NCBI GenBank assembly: GCA_051532055.1
Contig: JAOPTX010000007.1
Location: 1-64,000 of the forward strand
DNA from: Fibrobacterales bacterium
Lineage (GTDB): Bacteria; Fibrobacterota; Fibrobacteria; Fibrobacterales; JAOPTW01
Length of the DNA: 64,000 nt
Direction of reading: 5' to 3'
Made by a program: the position numbers and the translations under genes. Positions 10,112 through 19,987 of the stretch are shown here, one piece after another. The notes under the pieces are model-generated. The model did no database searches, was not told where the DNA came from, and saw nothing but the letters and a program-made list of their open reading frames with translations. How positions within the stretch are numbered: the stretch's first letter is position 1; every line of letters starts with the position of its first letter.

Positions 10112-10132
10112 ATAAAGCGATTTACATGCCAA
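10112..10132 (-). promoter_or_regulatory. Sigma54-type -24/-12 promoter for flgB operon
   Basis: Minus strand TTGGCATGTAAATCGCTTTAT, ~33 nt upstream of flgB; same variant as at fliF. Confidence 0.8.
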
Positions 10133-10247
10133 TCACAAATTCATTAAAAACAGTGTTTATTGTTGAAAACGGAGATATTTGAAGGAAATATGTGCCGAGC
10201 GCGGTAAAACAGTGGTAATTATTGCCCTAGAACGAACCTTCTCTCTA

Positions 10248-10276
10248 TCTATCGGAAGATTTTTTACAAAGCTTTA
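10248..10276 (-). promoter_or_regulatory. Sigma28-like promoter upstream of flgB
   Basis: Minus strand TAAAG-N16-CCGATAGA. Confidence 0.55.
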
Positions 10277-10503
10277 TGGCACAATGCATATTTTTATTAT
10301 ATACTATGATTATATAATCTACGAAGCTCCCTTACCCCTCCTCCAATTCATATTATTCATCAATAAAAACACACATTATTACTGACAAATAACTATCATC
10401 TAGCTACATTCATGCTCGATTCAATCAATCAAATCAAACCGTAATCACGGTAATATTCATTTTGAACTATTCAAAATTATCAAACTGACACAAGGAGACA
10501 CAT

Positions 10504-12192
10504 TTGTCTGAAGAAGTTAAAGACACTACTGTTGTAGCTGAAGAAGTAAAAGCTCCAACTCCTCGCCGTACCAGAAAACCAAAGCCAACTCCAGAAGAAA
10601 AGGCTGCAGCAGCACCAGGATCAACTCCAGCACCGGAGCAGAGTGAAGCACCCGCGGCAAAACCTGTAGCAGAGAAAAAAGCTACCACACCAGCAAAAGA
10701 ATCTTCAAGTGCAGAACAAACTGAGGCCACTGACAAACCTCAAAATGAACAATCTGATAAGCCACAAAATGATAAGCCACAAAAAAACCGCAATCAGAAC
10801 AACAACAACAACAACAACAACAAGAATAAAAAGAACAGCCATAAGAACAAAAACAAAAAAGGACGCAAGCAATACCAAGAAGAGGAACTTCCTGATATTC
10901 CACCACCACCTCAAGCAATTATTGATGAAGCGCTAAAAAAGTGGAATGATCTTCGCAAACGTCCTATTCAAGATCTTCACGAAATGGCCAGTGCTTTAGT
11001 AATCGCAGACACAAAGAACCTTCGTAAACAGGCAATCATCTATAAAATCCTTGAAGCCACATCAGGTGAAGGTGAAGATGCACTCCCTATTTATGCTGAA
11101 GGTGTGCTACAATCACTGAATGAAGGGTACGGATTTCTTAGATACACTGACCACAGTTACCTCCCAGGAACCGACGATATCTACATTGCTCCCGGTCAAA
11201 TTAAACGCTATGGCCTCAAAACTGGTGATACCGTAGTGGGTCAAGTACGCCCTCCTCGTGAGAATGAAAAATACATTGCACTAATTCGCATTTACACTAT
11301 TAATGGTGATGATCCTATAGTCGCAAAGAATAAGATCTCATTTCATGCTCTTACACCACTCCATCCAGAAGAACGCCTCAATCTTGAGCATAATACATCT
11401 GAGATCAGTACTCGTATTATGAACCTTTTTACCCCTATTGGCAAAGGTCAGCGTGGTGTCATTCTTGCACCGCCACGTACTGGTAAAACAGTACTTCTCA
11501 AATCTATTGCAAATGCCATTTCTGCCAATCATCCTGATGTACGCCTTTTGGTCCTCCTTATTGATGAACGTCCAGAAGAAGTAACCGACATGCAACGTAG
11601 TGTCAATGGCGAAGTACTCAGTTCTACTTTTGATGAGCCACCAGAGCGTCATGTTGCTGTTGCAGATATGGTTCTTGAAAAAGCAAAACGCCTTACTGAA
11701 CATGGTCACGATGTCGTAATTCTTCTTGACTCAATTACTCGTCTTGCACGTGCCAACAATATGGCGATTCCTCATTCAGGTAAAATCCTGTCTGGTGGTG
11801 TTGACGCAATGGCTCTACAAAGACCAAAGAAATTTTTTGGTGCGGCCCGTAATATTGAAAACGGTGGGTCACTCACTATTCTTGGAACCGCTCTAATTGA
11901 AACGGGCTCAAAAATGGATGAAGTTATCTTTGAAGAGTTTAAAGGTACTGGTAATATGGAACTTGTTCTTGATAGAAGAATTTCTGAAAAACGTATCTGG
12001 CCTGCTATTGATATTTTCAAATCAGGTACTCGTAAAGAGGAACTTCTTATGGATGAAGAAGAGCTCCGCAAAGTATGGATCCTTCGTAAATATCTGCAAG
12101 ATCTCAGTCCTACAGAGATTATGGAATTCATGAAAGAGAAAATCAAAAAAACTAAGACCAATGCAGAGTTCCTCCTCTCCATGAACAAATAA
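10504..12192 (+). CDS. rho: Transcription termination factor Rho with long low-complexity N-terminal extension
   Basis: [58 protein letters not shown] start with AAGGAG SD. Confidence 0.98.
   Translation: MSEEVKDTTVVAEEVKAPTPRRTRKPKPTPEEKAAAAPGSTPAPEQSEAPAAKPVAEKKATTPAKESSSAEQTEATDKPQNEQSDKPQNDKPQKNRNQNNNNNNNNKNKKNSHKNKNKKGRKQYQEEELPDIPPPPQAIIDEALKKWNDLRKRPIQDLHEMASALVIADTKNLRKQAIIYKILEATSGEGEDALPIYAEGVLQSLNEGYGFLRYTDHSYLPGTDDIYIAPGQIKRYGLKTGDTVVGQVRPPRENEKYIALIRIYTINGDDPIVAKNKISFHALTPLHPEERLNLEHNTSEISTRIMNLFTPIGKGQRGVILAPPRTGKTVLLKSIANAISANHPDVRLLVLLIDERPEEVTDMQRSVNGEVLSSTFDEPPERHVAVADMVLEKAKRLTEHGHDVVILLDSITRLARANNMAIPHSGKILSGGVDAMALQRPKKFFGAARNIENGGSLTILGTALIETGSKMDEVIFEEFKGTGNMELVLDRRISEKRIWPAIDIFKSGTRKEELLMDEEELRKVWILRKYLQDLSPTEIMEFMKEKIKKTKTNAEFLLSMNK
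10755..10821 (+). repeat. Coding tandem repeats in rho: 15-bp duplication and (AAC)8
   Basis: tgataagccacaaaa x2 (10755-10784) and aac x8 (10798-10821). Confidence 0.9.
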
Positions 12193-12202
12193 GGGTACAA
12201 CT

Positions 12203-13000
12203 ATGGACACTATTCTCTTTATCGGCGCCGGCAATATGGGTGGCGCCATTCTTAAAGGACTGGTATCAGCGAACGCTGAAGCCAAAGAGACTCTCGCCAT
12301 TTATGAGGTTAATGATTCAACCGCTGAGGCTCTTGTAGCTGCAACCGGCGTGCGTCGCTTTACATCGCTTGCTGATGCAGGTGAGTGGGCCTCTATAATA
12401 GTTGTTGGTGTTAAACCTCAAATATTTAGCTCAGTATCAAAAGAATTGAAACAATTTTCGGATTCAAAACTCTTTATTTCAATCATGGCAGGGGTTACTG
12501 TCAAACGAATGAGTGAAGAGATTGGCTTTGCCAATGATTTTGTGCGTACCATGCCCAATATCCCTCTCACTGTTGGTAAAGGTGCAATTGCACTTGCTAC
12601 TGATAACTTAGCTGAAGAGACCATCAAAAAAGTTGAAAAACTTTTCTCTTCAGTTGGTGATGTTGCTCGTGTCACCGAAACACAAATTGATGCGGTAACT
12701 GGCCTTTCGGGATCAGGACCTGCTTATGTATTTCAGTTTATAGATGCTTACATTAACGCAGGCGTAAAAGTCGGCTTAACTCGTGATGCATCAAAAAAGC
12801 TCGTCATAGCAACACTAGAAGGCTCAATTGAATTCTTAAAGCAAAATGACATTTCTGCCGCCGATGCGACTGGATTGGTCACTTCTCCTGGAGGAACCAC
12901 CATTTATGGGGTACACTCTTTAGAAAAGGATGGATTTAGAACAGCAATTATGAATGCCGTTGAAGCAGCTACCGAACGCTCAAAAGAACTCGGTGCATAA
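12203..13000 (+). CDS. proC: Pyrroline-5-carboxylate reductase
   Basis: IGAGNMG, VKPQ, RTMPN, GLSGSGPAY, VTSPGGTT. Confidence 0.97.
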   Translation: MDTILFIGAGNMGGAILKGLVSANAEAKETLAIYEVNDSTAEALVAATGVRRFTSLADAGEWASIIVVGVKPQIFSSVSKELKQFSDSKLFISIMAGVTVKRMSEEIGFANDFVRTMPNIPLTVGKGAIALATDNLAEETIKKVEKLFSSVGDVARVTETQIDAVTGLSGSGPAYVFQFIDAYINAGVKVGLTRDASKKLVIATLEGSIEFLKQNDISAADATGLVTSPGGTTIYGVHSLEKDGFRTAIMNAVEAATERSKELGA

Positions 13001-13006
13001 TTTTTC

Positions 13007-13040
13007 TTACACCTAAATCAGCTCATTGGTTTAGGTGTAA
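13007..13040. terminator. Hairpin between convergent proC and gluQ
   Basis: ttacacctaaatca-gctcat-tggtttaggtgtaa, 14-bp stem with one G-U pair; AT-rich. Confidence 0.6.
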
Positions 13041-13050
13041 TTATCTTCTC

Positions 13051-13965
13051 TTACGATTGTTCTACATACCTTCGTACAAGATCAGGAATAGCGTCAAGAC
13101 TTATATTCTGGGGCTTATCTAATAATCCAATTGCCGCAGCCGCCTCACCTATAAGCTTCTCTTTACTCTCGCCCGATTCTCGCCTTTCTTTCAATGATCT
13201 GGACAAAAAACGTTTACTCAGTTTTTGTCCATCATGTGAAGTGACCAGTGGATGATGCATAAAGTAGGCAGGATTTTCTCTCCCCAATTCTTTAGCAAGG
13301 AGGATCTGACGACTAGTGGCATGGAGGATATCTTCTCCACGAACAATAAGATTGACACCCTGTATCATATCATCAATGGCCACAGTAAAATTGTAAGTCC
13401 ATTGATTGTGACGATCAAAAATTGCAAAATCCCCACACTGATGCTTAGGGTTTTGAACCTGAATTCCCTTGAGGACGTCCCTAAAGGCAACATCACATTC
13501 TTCAATGACAGCACGATAGAGTGGTGGATCTATCAGAGTTTCATTTCTACAGAACCCATCATAGCATAATTCACCATTCACACGACCTGAACGCTCTTCA
13601 ATCATTTTACGAGAGCACTCACATCCATAAACGAGTTGTTCTCGACACAGTATTCTAAAATAGTTTTTGAAGATATCATTGCGACTGCTTTGGATGGGGT
13701 CAAAGAGTTCTCCATTCACACGATTATCCCACTCAAGACCAAAAAAATGAAGGTCATCAAATATGGCGTCAATATATTCCATACGGCAACGCTGGGTATC
13801 ATGATCTTCTATACGCAAGATTACCTGACTATTATACACTTTAGAAACACCCCATACATACAAAGCATGAGCTAAGTGCCCCAAATGCAAATAACCTGTA
13901 GGGCTCGGTGCAAAGCGAGTTATAAACCGTGTGGATGATTGTAGTGCATCAGCTAATGCAGCCAT
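13051..13965 (-). CDS. gluQ: Glutamyl-Q tRNA(Asp) synthetase / truncated GluRS paralog
   Basis: RFAPSPTGYLHLGH, LRIEDHD, CECSR Zn site, VRGEDI, KLSKR; no anticodon domain. Start refined to the ATG of the TAATG overlap with the upstream stop. Confidence 0.85.
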   Translation of the reverse strand: MAALADALQSSTRFITRFAPSPTGYLHLGHLAHALYVWGVSKVYNSQVILRIEDHDTQRCRMEYIDAIFDDLHFFGLEWDNRVNGELFDPIQSSRNDIFKNYFRILCREQLVYGCECSRKMIEERSGRVNGELCYDGFCRNETLIDPPLYRAVIEECDVAFRDVLKGIQVQNPKHQCGDFAIFDRHNQWTYNFTVAIDDMIQGVNLIVRGEDILHATSRQILLAKELGRENPAYFMHHPLVTSHDGQKLSKRFLSRSLKERRESGESKEKLIGEAAAAIGLLDKPQNISLDAIPDLVRRYVEQS

Positions 13966-14324
13966 TAGAACTGATCGGTTGAGAGCATAACCAGCGTGCA
14001 CGCCTTGATGCACTCGATTTTCTCACGTGTGAGTTCCTCAATCAAATCATAATTTTCACTACCGGGATTAAAAATAACACGATCGGGGTTTCGCTCAATA
14101 ATCTGTTGTGCATATCCACCACTGTGACGGGGGCTTACGTACATTGTGATCGCGTGTATCGTTTTGGGAATAGAGGTGAGGTCGGGGTAGCACTGTATTC
14201 CATCAATCTCTGCCTGAGCTGGATTTACAGGAAATACAGCATGACCATGCTCTTGAAGCATTTTCAGGGCCTTATAACTATACCTATCGGCTTTAACTGA
14301 GGCCCCAAGAATAGCAACATTCAC
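13965..14324 (-). CDS. CoA-binding domain protein (YccU-like)
   Basis: VAILGAS....RYSYKA, PVNP, VIFNPGSEN, ACTLVML. Confidence 0.9.
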   Translation of the reverse strand: MNVAILGASVKADRYSYKALKMLQEHGHAVFPVNPAQAEIDGIQCYPDLTSIPKTIHAITMYVSPRHSGGYAQQIIERNPDRVIFNPGSENYDLIEELTREKIECIKACTLVMLSTDQF

Positions 14325-14325
14325 C

Positions 14326-14733
14326 TTAGAGACCTTTTACAGCATCTTCGTATTGCTTGTCTTCACTCATGATATGATCACGAAGCCATTTAGCCAAAAA
14401 GCAGAGAAGATCAAGAGCTGAAACAGGACGACCATGTTCAATATCACGTTTGAGCATAGCAATTTTTTCAATAAAATATTCATGTTTTTGCACATGTACT
14501 TCAATACGCGAATAATGCGCTTTAGACATAAGTGCTTCTTCAGATTTAAAGTGAACCAATACATATTTTTCTAAATCTTTTATCACCGCATCAATACTTA
14601 ATTCAACTTCTGTATGTCCAATCGCCCCATCAAGTGAGTTGAGAATTCTAAAGAGTTCTTTGTGTTGGTCATCCATTGAATTATTGCCTACACTCAAACT
14701 GCTATCCCAAATATATGTCGCCATAGTTTCCAT
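14326..14733 (-). CDS. Single-domain bacteriohemerythrin
   Basis: All di-iron ligands present: DDQHKEL, HFKSEE, HVQKH, WLRDHIMSED. Confidence 0.93.
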   Translation of the reverse strand: METMATYIWDSSLSVGNNSMDDQHKELFRILNSLDGAIGHTEVELSIDAVIKDLEKYVLVHFKSEEALMSKAHYSRIEVHVQKHEYFIEKIAMLKRDIEHGRPVSALDLLCFLAKWLRDHIMSEDKQYEDAVKGL

Positions 14734-14782
14734 CTTTTGTTATTACCTTATTTTTATTTCGCCCAATATCAGTAAGAGATAT

Positions 14783-15826
14783 TCAACGTTCATAATCAAA
14801 ATTTCTGTATACTGGAGTGTATCCAGCTTCGCAAATTACTTTTTCTGATTCAGCGGCGGAACGGGGAGCATATGACTCTAAAACATTCTCCTCAACAACA
14901 TAGCTACTAATATCATTAGCGCCTGAATGGAGTGCGTCTTTGCCTACCTCTGTACCGCGAACCATGAGGCTCACTTCTATATTATTAATATTATCAAAAA
15001 AGAGCCTTGATAAGGCAACAATTTTCAAATACCGTTCATTATCAACATTTTTTACAATGAAATCTTTAGTCTGCTGTTGAAATGTCCAACTCGTAAAGGC
15101 CAAAAAGCCTCCTGTTTTATCCTGTTGGTTTCTGATAACATCAAAATGCTCAATTAATTCTTGAGGCTCTTCAACAGATCCAAATACAATATTTGCCGAA
15201 CCATAGAGTCCTTTTTCATGGCACATTCCCATAACATCACACCACTGCTCTGCTGAGAGTTTTCTAGGAGAGAGTACCTCTCGCATATGTGGCGTTAAAA
15301 TCTCAGCCCCTGCACCAGGTACCGATGTAAGGCCCGCAGCAAGTAATTCATCGAGGAGGCTGGGTATAGGAATATTATTTTTCTTTGAAAGATGAAAAAT
15401 TTCAACAGCCGATAAACCGCGCACTCGCATGCCCAACTCTTCAGTCATCATTGAGAGCGCTTCAAGGTAATACGTGAGTGGAATACCACTATTAACTCCG
15501 CCTTGAAAAAATATTTGATCCATACCCAAAGCTTTTGTCTCGAGTACTTTTTCGCGAATCTCATCAAGAGTGAGAGTATACCCTTTACTTTGAATGAAGG
15601 AGCAATACGAACAACCTATTTTACAGATATTCGTGTAATTAATAACTCGAAAGCCCGTGTATGAAACCTCTTTAGAATCGTTTTTATGGAGGCGCATTGT
15701 ATGAGCGGCATTTCTAATAAGCGTGTCATCACCATGGTTTAAAAGCCATAGTGCATCTTCTTTTGTGAGCATAGCACCATCAAGAAGTGGGGCTATAATG
15801 GTATTAGTTTCGGACTGTTGACTCAT
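14783..15826 (-). CDS. mqnC: CofH/MqnC-family radical SAM protein (probable dehypoxanthine futalosine cyclase)
   Basis: INYTNICKIGCSYCSF, QGG, PGAGAEIL, QDKTGGFLAF, GAND....EENV. Confidence 0.75.
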   Translation of the reverse strand: MSQQSETNTIIAPLLDGAMLTKEDALWLLNHGDDTLIRNAAHTMRLHKNDSKEVSYTGFRVINYTNICKIGCSYCSFIQSKGYTLTLDEIREKVLETKALGMDQIFFQGGVNSGIPLTYYLEALSMMTEELGMRVRGLSAVEIFHLSKKNNIPIPSLLDELLAAGLTSVPGAGAEILTPHMREVLSPRKLSAEQWCDVMGMCHEKGLYGSANIVFGSVEEPQELIEHFDVIRNQQDKTGGFLAFTSWTFQQQTKDFIVKNVDNERYLKIVALSRLFFDNINNIEVSLMVRGTEVGKDALHSGANDISSYVVEENVLESYAPRSAAESEKVICEAGYTPVYRNFDYER

Positions 15827-15901
15827 TAGGTGGCAGTGAAGCGGGTGATTATTTCACCAACTTCACCTATATTTTAAAGATATATACTATAAAATATAGT
15901 T

Positions 15902-17620
15902 CTACATATGACGAATAGGATTAACGCCAATCAAAAAGAGAACTTTTTCCAAAACTGTTTGAACACTTTGTACTACAAACAGTCGTTCACTCTCTTCAGG
16001 TGTCCCTATGACTTTGTTATGATGTATAAATCGATGTGATTTTTCGGCGAGAGAAAGGGCATATTGAGAAAGCACATAGGGCTCATCGACACTACAAGCC
16101 TGGGATATCTTTGCACCAAGGAGTGAAAGTTCATTCACCAGTTCTGCACTATACCCATCAGATATCTTCTTAAAATCAACATCTTCAATAGCCACTATTT
16201 TAGCGGCTTTTCTCATAATAGAACAGAGACGTACATGAGCGTTTTGCACATAAGGCCCCGTATCTCCCTCAAAACTCAATGCCTTATCCCAATCAAATTT
16301 TACATCATTGAGACGGCGGTTTTTGAGTGTATCAAATACCAAAGCAGAAATGCCAATCTGCATCGCTACGTTCTCTTTATCTTCGAGAGCATTATTTTTT
16401 TCTTCAATAACCGCTAATATCTTCTGCTGTGCGGCACTAAAAACATCTTTTAAAAGATTAGACTGCCCTGTACGCGTCTTACCTTTCTCCCATTTCCCAC
16501 TCTCTTCATTAAGCTGAAGAATAAGTCCAAAAGGAACATGTATCATATCTTTGTGCCATTCATGTCCAAGTTTATTAAGAACAGTAAACACCTGACGGAA
16601 ATGTAACGCCTGGCCATTGTCTACAACATAGAGACACTTTTTAAAGTCATACTCTTTTTTGCGATACAGTGATGCAGCGATATCACGTGTAGCATATAGT
16701 GTCGAACCATCACTCTTTTGAATAAGGCACGGCGGCATCTCTTCTTCATCGAGAAGTACCACTTTACGCTCTTGTGAATCTGCTAAAATATCTTTTTCAT
16801 TGAGGACTTCAAGAACATGCTCAAGATGGGTATTAAAAAAGGCCTCACCAATATATGAGTCAAACTCTACATCCATAAGGATATAGAGCTTTTTAAGCTC
16901 TTTAAGTGTCGCCTCTTTAAAGCCAGCCCATAGGCGACCATAGAGTTCGTCACCTTGTTCAAGTTTTGTAAATGCAGCACGTGCTTCATCTTCAAGTTCT
17001 GGTTCTTCTAATGCAGCTTTTGAGAAAGAAACATAGAGTTTGTTAAGATCAACAATATCGAGGGTATCAAGTACATTTTGCTCGGTACTTAATCCTTCCT
17101 TGAGATACATAACGATAAGTTTACCAAATGAGGTACCCCAATCACCCAAGTGATTAATTCGTTCTACCGTATAGCCTGATGCCTTATAAATTCTCGACAA
17201 ACTATTACCGATCATTGTTGATCTTAGATGGTGAAAGGCAAGCTCTTTCCCCATATTGGGTGATGAGAAGTCAATACAGACAGTTTCATCTTTTTCATCT
17301 ACACTTCCATATTCAGAACCTGCCGCATCAATTGCCTTTAATACAGACCCAATATATCCAGCCTGATCGAGATAAAAATTGAGAAAACCATTTATTGGTT
17401 CAACTTTTTCAAATGCACTACTCAACTCCAACAGATCTGCAATTTCTTCTGCAATAACTTTTGGAGCCTTTTTTAAACTTTTCGCTAAAACAAAACAAGG
17501 AAGAGTATAATTACCCTTCCCTTTTTCTGTTGGAATTGTTATGAGCTTTTCGAGCTCAATTACATCAAGTGGTGTTACTGTATTGAGTGCATCAATCAGT
17601 TCCTGCTTAAACATATCCAT
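15902..17620 (-). CDS. argS: Arginine--tRNA ligase (start refined to MDMFKQ/MFKQ)
   Basis: DFSSPN, NHLGDWG, KSDGSTLYATRD, GDTGPYVQNAHVR, C-terminal Met. Confidence 0.96.
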   Translation of the reverse strand: MDMFKQELIDALNTVTPLDVIELEKLITIPTEKGKGNYTLPCFVLAKSLKKAPKVIAEEIADLLELSSAFEKVEPINGFLNFYLDQAGYIGSVLKAIDAAGSEYGSVDEKDETVCIDFSSPNMGKELAFHHLRSTMIGNSLSRIYKASGYTVERINHLGDWGTSFGKLIVMYLKEGLSTEQNVLDTLDIVDLNKLYVSFSKAALEEPELEDEARAAFTKLEQGDELYGRLWAGFKEATLKELKKLYILMDVEFDSYIGEAFFNTHLEHVLEVLNEKDILADSQERKVVLLDEEEMPPCLIQKSDGSTLYATRDIAASLYRKKEYDFKKCLYVVDNGQALHFRQVFTVLNKLGHEWHKDMIHVPFGLILQLNEESGKWEKGKTRTGQSNLLKDVFSAAQQKILAVIEEKNNALEDKENVAMQIGISALVFDTLKNRRLNDVKFDWDKALSFEGDTGPYVQNAHVRLCSIMRKAAKIVAIEDVDFKKISDGYSAELVNELSLLGAKISQACSVDEPYVLSQYALSLAEKSHRFIHHNKVIGTPEESERLFVVQSVQTVLEKVLFLIGVNPIRHM

Positions 17621-18032
17621 AGGTATCATCTTCCTCTTCAATCTCTTCTTCATCATCAAAGGTATAGTTCTCTGGTTTAAGCTCTTCTTGTTTCGCATCT
17701 CCCCATAGCTTTTCAATATCCACAGTTGTGCGATGTTCTTCTTCGAAAAGATGAATAATAAGTTCTGCTACATCAATAACAGCCCAGCGGTTACCTGATT
17801 TATACTCAACGCCCAGTGGCTTAACACCAACTTTTTTTAGACTACGCTGCATGCTCGTAATGATTGCACGCATCTGTGCTTCACTCGTACAGGTCGCAAC
17901 AAGATAATAATCAGCAACATCACTGAGGCCTTTCATATCCATAAGGGTAAGTGCGTCCGCCTTTTTGCTGTACAATTGTCCTGCAACAAAATCAACAAGT
18001 TCTCTTCCGGTTAGTTCTTTTTTATCTGTCAT
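17607..18032 (-). CDS. rsfS: Ribosome silencing factor RsfS (Iojap)
   Basis: KKAD, DYYLVAT, WAVID..IIHLF....R...IEKLWGD. Confidence 0.92.
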   Translation of the reverse strand: MTDKKELTGRELVDFVAGQLYSKKADALTLMDMKGLSDVADYYLVATCTSEAQMRAIITSMQRSLKKVGVKPLGVEYKSGNRWAVIDVAELIIHLFEEEHRTTVDIEKLWGDAKQEELKPENYTFDDEEEIEEEDDTYGYV

Positions 18033-18049
18033 TGGTTTCCTTTACTGAT

Positions 18050-18421
18050 CTACTCTTCATCTTTGATCAGTTCTTCAAAATCTTTTCCTACAAAAACAGT
18101 TGCATCAATTAACTTGGCACTGTTTTCCATTAATACAATATTCTCGGTTTTAAGAGCGATACCAATCGCCTCTTTACCAACCCAATACTTATTACGAATG
18201 GCAATTATGGTTTCTTTGTAATTCCAATAACTGGCGTTACCTGTTTCCACAACATCATAGCCATTTTCCATGAGATAGGCACGCATTTTATCTGCAGCAC
18301 CAGCCATCCCACACGCATTCAGTACTTGAATTTCACCAGGCACTGGTACAATCACCTTTTTGGGCTTCTCTTTACATGCGAAAAGCATAAAAATAGATAC
18401 GATGGTGAGTACTCTTATCAT
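18050..18421 (-). CDS. LytR C-terminal domain lipoprotein
   Basis: LFAC lipobox; IQVLNACGMAGAA and DATVFVGKDF LytR_C signature; common rsfS neighbour. Start refined to MIRVL. Confidence 0.85.
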   Translation of the reverse strand: MIRVLTIVSIFMLFACKEKPKKVIVPVPGEIQVLNACGMAGAADKMRAYLMENGYDVVETGNASYWNYKETIIAIRNKYWVGKEAIGIALKTENIVLMENSAKLIDATVFVGKDFEELIKDEE

Positions 18422-18516
18422 TGCCTGTTTCCGTAACACACTGGGGCAAATATAGTTAAATATGGGGTAAAATGAACTCACTTTAGTAGGTGGGAGAATA
18501 TGTCCCTTAATTCACC

Positions 18517-18870
18517 TTATAGCTCAATTATTTGATTCTTCTCATCAACCTGAACTACCGTCGGAACATGAGTCACCGCTTCAGACGCATCAATTGAACA
18601 GTACGCAATAATAATTACTAAATCATCAGGCTGGGCAAGCCGAGCAGCCGCTCCATTGAGACAGATAACTCCTGATCCTCTTTCACCTTCAATTGTATAG
18701 GTTACAAAGCGCTCACCATTATTGATATTTACAATATGGACCTGCTCATGCTCGTGCATATTTGCCGCTTCTAACAGATCTTTATCAATAGTAACACTAC
18801 CCACGTAATTGAGGTTGGCATCAGTGACCGTTGCACGGTGAATTTTTGATTTTAAAAAAGTAAGTTGCAT
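18517..18870 (-). CDS. panD: Aspartate 1-decarboxylase
   Basis: [35 protein letters not shown]. Confidence 0.97.
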   Translation of the reverse strand: MQLTFLKSKIHRATVTDANLNYVGSVTIDKDLLEAANMHEHEQVHIVNINNGERFVTYTIEGERGSGVICLNGAAARLAQPDDLVIIIAYCSIDASEAVTHVPTVVQVDEKNQIIEL

Positions 18871-18964
18871 GAGCACCTGTTATTACATATCCGTGGTAAT
18901 ATATATTTTTACCGCTTTACGTATCCCTCTCCCCCATGAATTAGACTATTTTGAGGGTAAGAGA

Positions 18965-19048
18965 TACCGAGGGGGGGACTTGAACCCCCACGAAGTTGCC
19001 TCCGGCGGATTTTGAGTCCGCTGCGTCTACCAATTCCGCCACCTCGGC
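18965..19048 (-). tRNA. tRNA-Leu(CAA), CCA not encoded
   Basis: GCCGAGGTGGCGGAATTGGTAGACGCAGCGGACT-CAA-AATCCGCCGGAGGCAACTTCGTGGGGGTTCAAGTCCCCCCCTCGGTA; cloverleaf with long variable arm. Confidence 0.97.
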
Positions 19049-19161
19049 TAAATTTATTCCATAACAGGAATAATTGCCTACGCTTATAAAGCGTAGGGTC
19101 AAATATAAGAAAATATAATGAGTTTTAAACAGATGTTTAATCGAGGAGTACATCAGGAGAG

Positions 19162-19983
19162 TTAATTTGTAGTAATAACTCTAAATTTGGGCTCTTTTTC
19201 GGCTATATGTGATTGCGCATAGATTTGGGCACTCTCTTTGGATTGAAATTTACCAACCCAAACGAGATAAAGTATCCCAGATTCTCGTTTCGACTCCTGA
19301 ACTAACACAGATCGACCAAGATCAGCATATGCATTCTTAAGACTCTCGGCATTCTGTTTAGAGGAAAAAGCCCCTACTTGAATCGAATAATCTCCAATAT
19401 CACTCTGAATTACTCCCTGTTTTTCCTGAATAACCTGAGGTCGTGCCACTCTCACTGTTTTCTTTTTTTGTATTCCAGAATACAGTGCGCTCATGCCATT
19501 AGCCTTTTCAATTTTCTTCAAACAAAAATCACGCTTTTTTACATCACCCACCGATTTGTAAAGCTCATAACAGACAACATTACTCAATGATTTGGTCTCG
19601 AGAGTTGCATAGATCGCCGAAGAGGCATACAGTGCAACCGCTTCAGGAAACTTCCCAAGCTCCTTCAACATGTAGGTCTTAAAGAGAACCGCTCTGTAGT
19701 AGTATGGATCTTCTGGCTCCTGAAGAATGATAATTTTATCTATTTGACTCGATGCTTTATCTACTGCGCCCTTATTTGACTTTCTTGAAAAGAAATAAGA
19801 CTGAGCACTTTTATAGAGAGCACTCATTGAAGAGTCAGAAGATGGGTGCTTCAAATAAAAACGCTCAAAACTTAGAGCCGCTTTACTGTACTGAGCACGC
19901 GCATACTCTCGTTCACCATCTCTGAAGTGACCCGCGAAAAGTGCACACACACTTATCAGTAGTACTATTAACGCTTTTGCCAT
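19162..19983 (-). CDS. TPR + SPOR domain periplasmic protein
   Basis: Signal peptide MAKALIVLL, TPR-like helices, C-terminal YSIQVGAFSS..NA...LYLVWVGKF SPOR motif. Confidence 0.85.
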   Translation of the reverse strand: MAKALIVLLISVCALFAGHFRDGEREYARAQYSKAALSFERFYLKHPSSDSSMSALYKSAQSYFFSRKSNKGAVDKASSQIDKIIILQEPEDPYYYRAVLFKTYMLKELGKFPEAVALYASSAIYATLETKSLSNVVCYELYKSVGDVKKRDFCLKKIEKANGMSALYSGIQKKKTVRVARPQVIQEKQGVIQSDIGDYSIQVGAFSSKQNAESLKNAYADLGRSVLVQESKRESGILYLVWVGKFQSKESAQIYAQSHIAEKEPKFRVITTN

Positions 19984-19987
19984 CACC

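Noticed and set aside
10276..10293. TGGCAC on + strand upstream of rho as a sigma54 site
   Set aside because: No GC at the -12 position (TGGCAC-AATGC-ATAT).
10179..10385. 68-aa ORF in flgB-rho intergenic region
   Set aside because: TTG start, no recognisable motif, overlaps promoter elements; probably spurious.
14766..14792. Weak sigma28-like site (TGAA-N15-ACTGATAT) upstream of hemerythrin
   Set aside because: Three mismatches and overlaps the mqnC stop region; insufficient support.
18941..19153. 70-aa ORF
   Set aside because: Overlaps tRNA-Leu on the same strand.
18880..19160. tRNA-Leu as an integration site
   Set aside because: Flanked by housekeeping genes; no integrase or duplicated tRNA 3' end seen.
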